Below are positions 7,213 to 14,988 of a stretch of DNA of 32,000 nt, in pieces. The stretch spans positions 30,001 to 62,000 of the forward strand of contig NZ_VMQO03000002.1 in NCBI RefSeq assembly GCF_009805595.3. Direction: 5' to 3'. Source of the stretch: Candidatus Tremblayella phenacoccinincola. GTDB taxonomy: Bacteria > Pseudomonadota > Gammaproteobacteria > Burkholderiales > Burkholderiaceae. Position 1 is the first letter of the stretch. Every line of letters starts with the position of its first letter. A program made the translations under genes and the position numbers. A model generated the notes under the pieces. It saw only the letters and a list, made by a program, of their open reading frames with translations. It made no database searches and had not been told where the DNA came from.

Positions 7213-7370
7213 ACCTCTCCTTCCTTCTCTTTAAGTTCTAACTAAGAACTCCCCCTCTCAACACTCTCTCCTCTCTCCCTTCCTTTTTCCTATCTCTATA
7301 TATACCTCTCAAACGTACCTCCACATCATTCCTCCTCCTCCTCCCCCCCCCTACCCCCAAACGCTAGAAG
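7213..7370. repeat. C/T-rich low-complexity element, copy C (rpsU-aroB spacer)
   Basis: Modules: ctaactaag 7238-7246, ccccctctcaacac 7251-7264, tatatatac 7297-7305, cacatcattcctcc about 7322-7334, (CCT)4 7331-7342, C9 homopolymer 7343-7351. Confidence 0.8.
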
Positions 7371-7435
7371 ACCCATAATATCTTATCCTCACTACCATTC
7401 AAGCCTTCAAGTAACAACCTAAACCTAGGAACAAC

Positions 7436-8530
7436 TTAGGAACAACAAACCCCAACACTTCGACTTGTCAATAAAAGCTTTTCCAATGAAGAAGCGCTCA
7501 TTGTTAATATTAATGCTTGTCCTAAGTCTTTAACTAAAACAATGTTGCAGGAACGCACCAAAGAGTTAGTATTCTTCTTATCAACACTAATAGTTTTTAG
7601 GTAAGTCTCTACTTTCAACCCACTAGGCACAGATATAGGCAAACGACAGATGGATAACAAACGTATCAACCTACGCTGAACACTTAAATCAATTAACCCT
7701 AATCTAAAAGAGATGTCAGAAGCAATCACCATTCCACAGCTAACTGCCTCTCCATGTAACCACTTTTGATACGAAAGGTAAGATTCTATTGCATGTCCAA
7801 AAGTATGTCCAAAGTTTAAAACAGAACGCACACCAGCTTCTCGAGAATCTGTTGCTGTTACGTTTAACTTAAGCAAGCAAGCATGTTTAATCATGCTTAT
7901 TACAACACTCAGTTTACGCTTCAATATCTTAAACATCATTTTCTCAAGCCATTTAAAAAAGTCCCCATCAAGCGCAACACTTATCTTAATAATCTCTGAC
8001 AAGCCTGAGTGCCATTCTCGTTGAGATAAAGAGCTTAGGTTCGAAATATCTAATATTACTCTGTCTGGCAAATGTATTGTCCCAACAAGGTTCTTTCCAA
8101 GTGCGGTGTTCAGTCCATTCTTTCCTCCAAAAGCTGAGTCTACTTGAGCTAAAAGAGTTGTTGGGATGTGTATTAATTTAACACTTCGCATATAGCAGGA
8201 TGCAATAAACCCCGAAATGTCACCAACCACTCCACCTCCAAAAGAAGCAACCTTCGAGTCTCTGCTTAGTTCCTCATACAAAAGAACTTTGAGTATACCG
8301 ATGAAAAACCTTAACCGCTTATAACGTTCTCCAATTCCAATAATGACCTTTGTTACTTTAAGACTATTCTTATTTCTTTTGAAGCTTCGTAATCGCTTGA
8401 GCCTACATAAACTAGCAACTGAACTATTAGTGATTAGCACCAAGCTCTTGATGTTTTCATACGCTATAAAATCCCAATGCTTCTGAGACTGCATGCCTAC
8501 ATATCGAATGTTTCTTTTAGAAAAGCTCAT
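7436..8530 (-). CDS. aroB: 3-dehydroquinate synthase
   Basis: 364-aa ORF. GERYKRL, FGGGVVGDISGFIASCYMRSVKLIHIPTTLLAQVDSAFGGKNGLN, LGKNLVGTIHLP, SGLSEIIK, LNFGHTFGHAIE and WLHGEAVSCGMV are the AroB motifs in the right order. Confidence 0.9.
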   Translation of the reverse strand: MSFSKRNIRYVGMQSQKHWDFIAYENIKSLVLITNSSVASLCRLKRLRSFKRNKNSLKVTKVIIGIGERYKRLRFFIGILKVLLYEELSRDSKVASFGGGVVGDISGFIASCYMRSVKLIHIPTTLLAQVDSAFGGKNGLNTALGKNLVGTIHLPDRVILDISNLSSLSQREWHSGLSEIIKISVALDGDFFKWLEKMMFKILKRKLSVVISMIKHACLLKLNVTATDSREAGVRSVLNFGHTFGHAIESYLSYQKWLHGEAVSCGMVIASDISFRLGLIDLSVQRRLIRLLSICRLPISVPSGLKVETYLKTISVDKKNTNSLVRSCNIVLVKDLGQALILTMSASSLEKLLLTSRSVGVCCS

Positions 8531-8572
8531 AACAGGCTTTAGGTTGGTTTGTTATTGAAAGAAGAATGTTAA

Positions 8573-8587
8573 GTGAGAACTTCTCAC
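8573..8587 (-). terminator. weak hairpin downstream of rplQ / upstream of aroB (possible terminator or attenuator)
   Basis: gtgagaacttctcac is a 6-bp stem with a 3-nt loop, followed on the - strand by a moderately U-rich stretch (uuaacauucuucuuuc). It sits in the only sizeable spacer (8531-8672) to the right of 7436. The stem is short, so this is weak. Confidence 0.2.
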
Positions 8588-8672
8588 TAAATAATATGTA
8601 CACAAGAATGGGTTTCGGAATGTTGAGTTATTTAATGAGGTTTGGTGTGGTGTACTGGCATCTAGGCAGTTA

Positions 8673-9023
8673 TCATATTAGCTCCACCATACTAACAACT
8701 GCTTTATCACCTTTGCGTATGTGTGATTTAATAATGTGGCAGTAACCTCCCTTTGTTTGAAGATACCTGGGTCCTAGAATGTTAAAGACTTTCCTAACGC
8801 ATCTTTCATTATTTAATTGTTCCATCACTGACCTAATGTTAGCTACTGTTTTCTTTTTGCCTTGAGTAATTATTGGTTCAATGATTTTCCTAAGGCTTTT
8901 TGCTTTTACAAAACAAGTGCATATACGTTCCCTTGTTATAAGCGAATGTGCTAAGCTTTTAAACATCGATTGCCTATGGCTGCTCTTTCTATTCAGTTTT
9001 TTTAAGGATAGGTTGTGTTTCAT
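8673..9023 (-). CDS. rplQ: 50S ribosomal protein L17
   Basis: 116-aa ORF. LNRKSSHRQSMF, IIEPIIT, LGPRY and GGYCHIIK match L17. It is the last gene of an alpha-operon arrangement. Stop is TGA. Confidence 0.93.
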   Translation of the reverse strand: MKHNLSLKKLNRKSSHRQSMFKSLAHSLITRERICTCFVKAKSLRKIIEPIITQGKKKTVANIRSVMEQLNNERCVRKVFNILGPRYLQTKGGYCHIIKSHIRKGDKAVVSMVELI

Positions 9024-9024
9024 C

Positions 9025-9696
9025 TTAGACAGAAAGTAATGAGAACTGAGACTTTAGGATATGTATCGACTGTCTTAGTGCTTCTATCGGAGTAACTGAA
9101 CCATTTGTTTCAATGTTTAGAATTAGTCTCTCAGAGTTATAGTTAATGAGGCTGACAGAATAGCTAACGTTTTTAACTGGAGAATAAAAAGCATCCATAA
9201 TTAGTTTACCATTATTCCAACATAACCCATTGCTTTTAGGAACATAGCCCCAGCCTTTCTGTATTTTAAGATATGCACTCAACCTTCCTGAGTCCAAATG
9301 GCATATTATATGGTTGGGGTTAACTATCTGACATCTGTAGTCCGTTTGAATATCTCTAGCATATACTGTTCCTGGATTTGTTTTACGTAGAGTGAGAGTT
9401 AGTGAAGCAATATGTACGTCCAACTTAAAAACAACATTCCTTATATTTAATGCTAACTGCAAAGAATCCTCTGCTATACCGGTAACTGAAGAGAATTCAT
9501 TTGAAGAACCAACTATCTCAACTTCTGTAACAGCAGTCCCACATATTGAAGACAGCAAAGTACGTCTGAATGCGCAACCTAGAGTATCACCATAGCCTCT
9601 ATCAAGAGCTTCTATTGAGAACTGAGACACATTACAGCCTCGTGCAACAATGGATCTTATTTGAGGTATCAGCATTCTAGCACCCATATAGTTCAA
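9025..9696 (-). CDS. rpoA: DNA-directed RNA polymerase subunit alpha, N-terminal domain only (223 aa)
   Basis: ALDRGYGDTLGCAFRRTLLSS..GTAVTEVEI, HIICHL, KGWGYVP, MDAFYSPVKNVSY and LILNIETNGSVTPIEALRQSIHIL are collinear with E. coli alpha residues 1 to about 235. The ORF stops there (TAA 9025-9027), one base before the rplQ start. It overlaps rpsD by 20 bp if the first ATG is used. Confidence 0.92.
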   Translation of the reverse strand: MNYMGARMLIPQIRSIVARGCNVSQFSIEALDRGYGDTLGCAFRRTLLSSICGTAVTEVEIVGSSNEFSSVTGIAEDSLQLALNIRNVVFKLDVHIASLTLTLRKTNPGTVYARDIQTDYRCQIVNPNHIICHLDSGRLSAYLKIQKGWGYVPKSNGLCWNNGKLIMDAFYSPVKNVSYSVSLINYNSERLILNIETNGSVTPIEALRQSIHILKSQFSLLSV

Positions 9697-10291
9697 TGAT
9701 TAGTCTTTCGTTTAGCTCTATTGGAATCTCTTTGCGTGTTGGCTTTTGTTTAAATGTTCCTTCCATTTTAAAATGATCTACATTCAACCAACATGGAACT
9801 TTCTGATGTATCCTGATGGCATTTGTTATTCTGAGTTGGGTTTTTGACTTATCGTGGATTTTAATTGAATCTGCTGGCTTAACTAAAAATGAAGGAATGT
9901 TCACTACTCTGTTGTTTACCAAGATGGACCTATGTGCTATTAGTTGACGTGCTTCAGCTCTTGTTACACTAAAACCCATTCTGTACACAATATTGTCTAA
10001 CCTAGCTTCTAAAGTCTGTAGTAGAAGGGTTCCTATTTCAGAATTAGCTTTATAAACACTTCGTAGATAAATTAGGAACTGCCTTTCTGTAATTCCATAG
10101 ATTCGTTTAGCTTTTTGCTTTTCACGGAGTTGAATTCCATAGTTGGATACCTTCAGTACATGCTTACTCTGTTGTCCTGGTTTAGTTCTAGACTTACACT
10201 TCTCCTCAAACGAACGAATACCACTTTTTAGGAAGAGGTCACAGCCTTCTCTTCTGGAAAGCTTTTGTTTAGGTCCTATATATTTAGACAT
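9677..10291 (-). CDS. rpsD: 30S ribosomal protein S4
   Basis: 204 aa. YIGPKQKLSRREGCDLFLKSG, QLREKQKAKRIYG, LEARLDNIVYRMGF..TRAEARQLIAH, KMEGTF and IIELY match S4 throughout. Confidence 0.96.
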   Translation of the reverse strand: MSKYIGPKQKLSRREGCDLFLKSGIRSFEEKCKSRTKPGQQSKHVLKVSNYGIQLREKQKAKRIYGITERQFLIYLRSVYKANSEIGTLLLQTLEARLDNIVYRMGFSVTRAEARQLIAHRSILVNNRVVNIPSFLVKPADSIKIHDKSKTQLRITNAIRIHQKVPCWLNVDHFKMEGTFKQKPTRKEIPIELNERLIIELYGC

Positions 10292-10320
10292 TGGTATCTT
10301 CCTCCTTTTTAGGTTGTATA

Positions 10321-10710
10321 TTAAACTCTTCTACGCTTTGAGGAACGGCAACCATTATGAGGTATGGACGTGATATCTTCTAAAGAGACTATCTTGATGC
10401 CTGAGCTGTATAATGCTCTAATGGCAGACTCTCTTCCAGTGCCTGGTCCGTTTACTTTTACTTTTAACGTTTTCATTCCATATCCTACAGCTATTTTACC
10501 TACGGTTTCAGCAGTTACCTGTGCGGAAAACGGAGTTGACTTTTTGGATCCCTTAAAGCCATGTTTACCTGAAGCTGACCAAAACAGAACATCTCCATCT
10601 TTTGAAGTAATGGTTATGATAGTGTTGTTAAAGGTAGCATGGATATACGCAATACCATCCAGGTTCTTACTGTTAGTGGAACTTAGCTGTTTATCTTTTG
10701 TTTTGTACAT
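10321..10710 (-). CDS. rpsK: 30S ribosomal protein S11
   Basis: 129 aa. [48 protein letters not shown] and [20 protein letters not shown] match S11. Confidence 0.96.
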   Translation of the reverse strand: MYKTKDKQLSSTNSKNLDGIAYIHATFNNTIITITSKDGDVLFWSASGKHGFKGSKKSTPFSAQVTAETVGKIAVGYGMKTLKVKVNGPGTGRESAIRALYSSGIKIVSLEDITSIPHNGCRSSKRRRV

Positions 10711-10724
10711 TGGCTGTAAATTCC

Positions 10725-11078
10725 TTAGTTGTTGGATGTTTTGCTTTTCTTTCTAGTCTTGGCATTTGTTCTCGTTCTTTGTCCTCTAGTTGGGAGCTTC
10801 TTCCTATGACGTATGCCTCTGTAGCAGCTAATGTTAACTAGCCGCTTAATGTTTAAAGATACCAAACGTTTAAGATCACCTTCTACTAAAAGTTTGTTCA
10901 CTGCTTCTTTTAGATCCACCAGCTTACTTTCGCTTAAGCTAGATATTTTGCAGTTAGGATCAATGCCAGTGACAGAACAGACTCTTCTCGATAAGCTTCT
11001 TCCAATACCATATATATATGTTAGGCCAACCTCTACAGATTTGTTACTTGGTATGTTAACTCCAATAAGCCTAGCCAC
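10725..11078 (-). CDS. rpsM: 30S ribosomal protein S13
   Basis: 117 aa, GTG start (cac at 11076-11078). [18 protein letters not shown] and [26 protein letters not shown] match S13. Confidence 0.95.
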   Translation of the reverse strand: MARLIGVNIPSNKSVEVGLTYIYGIGRSLSRRVCSVTGIDPNCKISSLSESKLVDLKEAVNKLLVEGDLKRLVSLNIKRLVNISCYRGIRHRKKLPTRGQRTRTNAKTRKKSKTSNN

Positions 11079-11195
11079 TTATCCCTGCCTCTGTTTATGC
11101 TTTGGGTTAGAACTACATAAAACCCTAACAACACCTTTTCTCCTTACCACTCTACACAGCTTACATATTACTTTAACTGATGCTGACACTTTCAT
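11079..11195 (-). CDS. rpmJ: 50S ribosomal protein L36 (38 aa; too short for the supplied ORF track)
   Basis: Hand translation of the - strand from the ATG at 11195 gives [38 protein letters not shown], then TAA at 11081-11079. It fits the L36 pattern MKV.ASVK.IC..C...RR.G...V.C...PKHKQRQG. It sits between infA and rpsM and abuts the rpsM start. Confidence 0.92.
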   Translation of the reverse strand: MKVSASVKVICKLCRVVRRKGVVRVLCSSNPKHKQRQG

Positions 11196-11418
11196 GGTTA
11201 GGTTTAGTTCTGAATATTATTCTAGCTCTCAAAGGGTCATACGGACTAACCTCAACAGTCACCATATCTCCAGGTAAGATCTTAATAAAATGTATCCTCA
11301 TCTTTCCAGAAACGTAAGCTAAAACCACATGACTATTCTCCAACCTAACTCTGAAGTTGGTGTTTGAAAGGTTTTCGATCACTTCTCCGTGCATCTGAAC
11401 ATGTTTGGTTTTTGGCAT
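11173..11418 (-). CDS. infA: translation initiation factor IF-1 with a short C-terminal extension
   Basis: 81 aa. [62 protein letters not shown] matches IF-1. The extra tail [10 protein letters not shown] overlaps the first 23 nt of rpmJ in another frame. Confidence 0.93.
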   Translation of the reverse strand: MPKTKHVQMHGEVIENLSNTNFRVRLENSHVVLAYVSGKMRIHFIKILPGDMVTVEVSPYDPLRARIIFRTKPNHESVSIS

Positions 11419-11432
11419 ACACTCCTCATATA

Positions 11433-12581
11433 TTAACAGGTTTTAAAGAACTTGTTGAAACGTATGAAGTTAGCATAGAACTTCAATTGTTCTGTTAGAA
11501 CCAAAGTTGTAGTTATTAGGGAAATAGACGTGAACTCATTTAGTACAAGGACCTGCTTAGTAAATAAAGATAATAGTCTAATAACAGCACAACCTAAAAC
11601 TATACACAGAGACTTAGTAATGATTAATTCCCTAAATAAATAGTTTAAGCGTTCCTTAGTATTTAACCCAGGTCTAAGACTATCAATAAACGTTGCACTT
11701 CTTTTCATGTATCTTGAAACATTGTTAGCCTTCACATCCCATCTTGTGAATATAACGCAAAAGTAGAACATTAAACTAACATGGAACAAGACCTCACAGA
11801 CTGCCTCAATGGCTTTAATAAGTTCCTGAATGCACAACCATTTATAAAGCGGAACACAAGCTACACATATCTTCTCAAAGAAGTTAACCTGAAGTGTTGA
11901 CGTAACACAGGCTAGTGTTAAAGGAAAAAGGATTACTGGAACCAAACTAACAGAAAAGCAAGAGGAGTATATTCTGTCAGTCTTTTGACACCAGAATGTT
12001 AGTCTTTGTGATGCAAGCTCTGTTAAAACGCTAAAGTAAAACAGCAGGCTAAGGTCAGTTAGTAACAAGAAGCTAGGGGTTGGGGTCTTATCAATGGTTG
12101 TTTTCAGTATAAGCAACAACCTAGGAACATATGTTAATAGCCTAAACAGAATAATTAAAGAAGCTCCACTACCAATGCCAGACATGCTTATATGCTCAGT
12201 CAACCACATTAGAACCATTGAACCAACCGTTAACAAACCCACTAAACCCACAATGCCCACATATGGGTATCCAAATAAGGGTGTGAAATAATGCATACTA
12301 ACTGCAGACTCAATAGATGTGAAAAGTAGTGTTAGTAGCCTAGCTAGCAATATATAAACGCTAGTTAGTAAAGAGGTTTCAGGGTTTGGCTTTAACAAGA
12401 ATGTTAAAAAGACTTTCATAAGCAACTGCAAAGTCATTAACGGTGTTAACCTGATTGAGCTGGAATGTGCTTCTTTTGAAGGATAGCTTAGGGGAATGGG
12501 TATGTACATAATTAAGCGGCATATGAAAAGCATAACGAATGTTTTAAGAAGACGTTTCATCGAGTAATTACTGTAGTTCAT
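11433..12581 (-). CDS. secY: preprotein translocase subunit SecY, shortened (382 aa) and highly diverged
   Basis: The position between rplO and infA is right for secY. Recognisable anchors are [26 protein letters not shown] (E. coli [26 protein letters not shown]) and [25 protein letters not shown] ([24 protein letters not shown]). Most of the rest is hydrophobic but not alignable by eye. Confidence 0.8.
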   Translation of the reverse strand: MNYSNYSMKRLLKTFVMLFICRLIMYIPIPLSYPSKEAHSSSIRLTPLMTLQLLMKVFLTFLLKPNPETSLLTSVYILLARLLTLLFTSIESAVSMHYFTPLFGYPYVGIVGLVGLLTVGSMVLMWLTEHISMSGIGSGASLIILFRLLTYVPRLLLILKTTIDKTPTPSFLLLTDLSLLFYFSVLTELASQRLTFWCQKTDRIYSSCFSVSLVPVILFPLTLACVTSTLQVNFFEKICVACVPLYKWLCIQELIKAIEAVCEVLFHVSLMFYFCVIFTRWDVKANNVSRYMKRSATFIDSLRPGLNTKERLNYLFRELIITKSLCIVLGCAVIRLLSLFTKQVLVLNEFTSISLITTTLVLTEQLKFYANFIRFNKFFKTC

Positions 12582-12604
12582 GGGTCAGACACATGTAGAT
12601 TCTC

Positions 12605-12952
12605 TTACCCTTGGCTATATATTCTGATGACTTTAGCATTATTTCCAACCAAGTTAAAGCGGTTCAATAGTAGGTTTGAAACTGTGCCATAGAAAAGGTC
12701 TACTTTTAATACTTTGTTATAACTCAGACTAACAATATGGTTTCTTTTATATCTTGTGAACCCAAGCTTTGGAACTCTTCTTTGAATTGGAGTTTGTCCG
12801 CCTTCAAAGCTTGGTTTAACTGCGCCTCCTGTTCTAGATCTTTGACCCTTGTGGCCTCTACCTGATGTTTTCCCTTTCTTAGAACCCAACCCCCGACCAA
12901 CCCTAACATTTTGTTTGTAACGTGCATTTGGGATTAGCTCATTTAGTTTCAT
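12605..12952 (-). CDS. rplO: 50S ribosomal protein L15 (115 aa, shorter than the E. coli protein)
   Basis: [26 protein letters not shown] and [17 protein letters not shown] match L15, and the position is conserved. Confidence 0.92.
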   Translation of the reverse strand: MKLNELIPNARYKQNVRVGRGLGSKKGKTSGRGHKGQRSRTGGAVKPSFEGGQTPIQRRVPKLGFTRYKRNHIVSLSYNKVLKVDLFYGTVSNLLLNRFNLVGNNAKVIRIYSQG

Positions 12953-13154
12953 TTCCTTCGGGGTGTTTAATGTTGAGGGTTTTTATCAAATATGGAACTT
13001 TCTTAATCAAACCTACGGTGAATCTATTATTCGGTACAACTCTGAAGGACCAAAGCTTACGCAGGCCTAAAGACCTAATGTATGTTCTATGCTTACTGCT
13101 AACTGAAATTAAGCTCCTTACTAACTGCACCAAGATCTTCTTATTTGTTGTCAT
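12939..13154 (-). CDS. rpmD: 50S ribosomal protein L30 with a C-terminal extension
   Basis: 71 aa lying between rpsE and rpl[29 protein letters not shown] resembles L30 (I.ITQTRS.IG....KATLLGLGLRR). The tail overlaps rplO by 14 bp. Confidence 0.8.
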   Translation of the reverse strand: MTTNKKILVQLVRSLISVSSKHRTYIRSLGLRKLWSFRVVPNNRFTVGLIKKVPYLIKTLNIKHPEGNETK

Positions 13155-13639
13155 TGGCTTTTGAATGGAGAAATGCCTCTTTTACGAAATATGTAGTTCA
13201 AGCTGTTCAGACTCATTAGACCATCTAATACTGCTGGAATAACATTGAACGGATTATTGGAGCCATGACATTTAGCGACCACATGGTTAATACCTGCTAC
13301 ACTAAACACAGACCTTACATGGTTACTCGCTATGATTCCTCTACCTTTTATTGAAGGAATTAATATAACAGTAGCAGCTCCGAATTTACCAACGGCTTTG
13401 TGAGCGATTGTATCTTCCAACATTGAAACTTTGATGACATTTCTTTTAGCATTGTTAACAGCTTTTTGTACGGCTAACGACGTTTCTCTTGACTTACCTT
13501 TACCAACACCAAGGTTACCACAACCGTCACCAACTACAACTAAAGCTGTGAAGCTAAATATACGTCCGCCTTTCACTACCTTCGTAACTCTATTGATGGT
13601 AATTAACCTTTCAAACACCAGTTCTAATGGCTTATGCAT
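13151..13639 (-). CDS. rpsE: 30S ribosomal protein S5
   Basis: 162 aa. INRVTKVVKGGRIFSFTALVVVGDGCGNLGVGKGKSRE and GRGIIAS match S5. Confidence 0.95.
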   Translation of the reverse strand: MHKPLELVFERLITINRVTKVVKGGRIFSFTALVVVGDGCGNLGVGKGKSRETSLAVQKAVNNAKRNVIKVSMLEDTIAHKAVGKFGAATVILIPSIKGRGIIASNHVRSVFSVAGINHVVAKCHGSNNPFNVIPAVLDGLMSLNSLNYIFRKRGISPFKSQ

Positions 13640-13662
13640 TTTAGTATATGGGCTTATGGGTT

Positions 13663-13688
13663 TATGTATATTGTCTATGTATATTGTC
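13663..13688. repeat. perfect tandem duplication of a 13-mer (tatgtatattgtc x2) in the rplR-rpsE spacer
   Basis: Read directly: 13663-13675 is identical to 13676-13688. The last base of the second copy (13688) is the first base of the rplR stop codon (13688-13690). Confidence 0.85.
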
Positions 13689-14050
13689 TAAAACTGAAGA
13701 CCATAGCACCTTGCTGACTCGGCCATGCTCTGTATTAAGCCATGGTATTGAAACCCAGATCTATCGAAAACAACCTTATTAACGCCAATGGAAACAGACT
13801 TTACAGCTATTAGTTTACCTATCAATGAGGCACCAAACTTGTTCTTTCTTAGTCTGAAGTCTATATATTTGAATGTTGCTATAGTAGAAACACCAGTAAC
13901 TATGTGATTACCTTCTTCTGAAATGACATACGCATAAAGATGTGTATTTGTTTTATATACTACCAACCTAAATAAGCCTATCTTTTTAAGCTTAGCTCTT
14001 GTTCTTTTAGCTTTTGTTTTTACTAGCCTCTTTACGTTTAAGTGCTTCAT
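13688..14050 (-). CDS. rplR: 50S ribosomal protein L18
   Basis: 120 aa. RLVVYKTNTHLYAYVI and VVFDRSGFQYHGLIQSMAESARCYGLQF match L18, and the position is conserved. Confidence 0.93.
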   Translation of the reverse strand: MKHLNVKRLVKTKAKRTRAKLKKIGLFRLVVYKTNTHLYAYVISEEGNHIVTGVSTIATFKYIDFRLRKNKFGASLIGKLIAVKSVSIGVNKVVFDRSGFQYHGLIQSMAESARCYGLQF

Positions 14051-14583
14051 TTCTTTTTTGTCCTCTCTTTCAAATTAACCGTCTCGTTAATAAACCTTAT
14101 TCCTTTGCCTTTGTATGGTTCGATTGGATGGAAACTCTTTATTTCTGCTGAGACTTGTCCAACCAGCTGTTTATCCACTCCAAACACTTCCAGCTCATTA
14201 GGTGATATAAGATGAAGTTTAACGTTCCTATTCACACAATAGATAATAGGATGGGAGAACCCTAACGACAAGGTTAACATATTATTTCTAATTGATGCTC
14301 GAAAGCCAACACCGTTTAAAACTAAGACCTTTCTAAAACCTACGGTAACCCCTGAAACCATATTCGAGATTAGTGCTCGAACAGTTCCTTGTATTGCAGA
14401 GGTTCTTTGATTGCTAAAGAATGGAATTACCTTTAGTATTGTTTGGTGGAGTTTAAGTTTTATTACCGAAGGCACATTTAATGTAAGAGATCCGAGTGGA
14501 CCGGTTACCTGAAATGGTTCTCCAACATTCACTTGCACATTGTTTAATGGTATGGGTTTTCTACCGATACGTGAGCTTTTCAT
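14047..14583 (-). CDS. rplF: 50S ribosomal protein L6
   Basis: 178 aa. SRIGRKPIPL, LVLNGVGFRA, GFSHPI and PYKGKGIRF match L6. It has a 4-bp overlap with rplR. Confidence 0.94.
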   Translation of the reverse strand: MKSSRIGRKPIPLNNVQVNVGEPFQVTGPLGSLTLNVPSVIKLKLHQTILKVIPFFSNQRTSAIQGTVRALISNMVSGVTVGFRKVLVLNGVGFRASIRNNMLTLSLGFSHPIIYCVNRNVKLHLISPNELEVFGVDKQLVGQVSAEIKSFHPIEPYKGKGIRFINETVNLKERTKKK

Positions 14584-14587
14584 ATTG

Positions 14588-14983
14588 CTATGAAATATGA
14601 CATATCACTTCTCCTCCTACATTAAGTTTCTTCGCCAGCTTATCAGTGATTGTACCTTTGGAAGTAGCGAGGATAGTTATTCCAAGGCCATTCAGATGAG
14701 GTTTTATATTGGTGTGTTTATTGTATATTCTCAGTCCGGGTTTGGATATTTGGTTTATGCAACTAATAACAGGCTTTTCGTCCATATATTTTAGCAATAT
14801 GTTTAGCTTTAAATACCTCTTGCTAGAGCTACATACAAAGAATGTTTTTATGTAACCTTCTCTTTTTAAAACTCTTACTATGGAACATACGGCTTCTGAA
14901 AATGGAACAACCACCTGAACCTTCTTTGTAGCTTGTGCGTTCCTGATGTTCGTTAAAAGGCTTGCAACGGAATCTCTGTTCAT
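14588..14983 (-). CDS. rpsH: 30S ribosomal protein S8
   Basis: 131 aa. DSVASLLTNIRNA, LKREGYI, ISKPGLRIY, GLGITILATSKG and VGGEVICHI match S8. Confidence 0.95.
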   Translation of the reverse strand: MNRDSVASLLTNIRNAQATKKVQVVVPFSEAVCSIVRVLKREGYIKTFFVCSSSKRYLKLNILLKYMDEKPVISCINQISKPGLRIYNKHTNIKPHLNGLGITILATSKGTITDKLAKKLNVGGEVICHIS

Positions 14984-14988
14984 CTTCG

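Noticed and set aside
1795-7370. The C/T-rich tracts considered as CRISPR arrays, rRNA fragments or coding sequence for Pro/Ser/Leu-rich or Gly/Glu/Arg-rich proteins.
   Set aside because: There is no regular repeat-spacer periodicity and no rRNA-like conserved blocks. The track shows no ORF of 60 aa or more on either strand through them, apart from the last 12 codons of rpsU.
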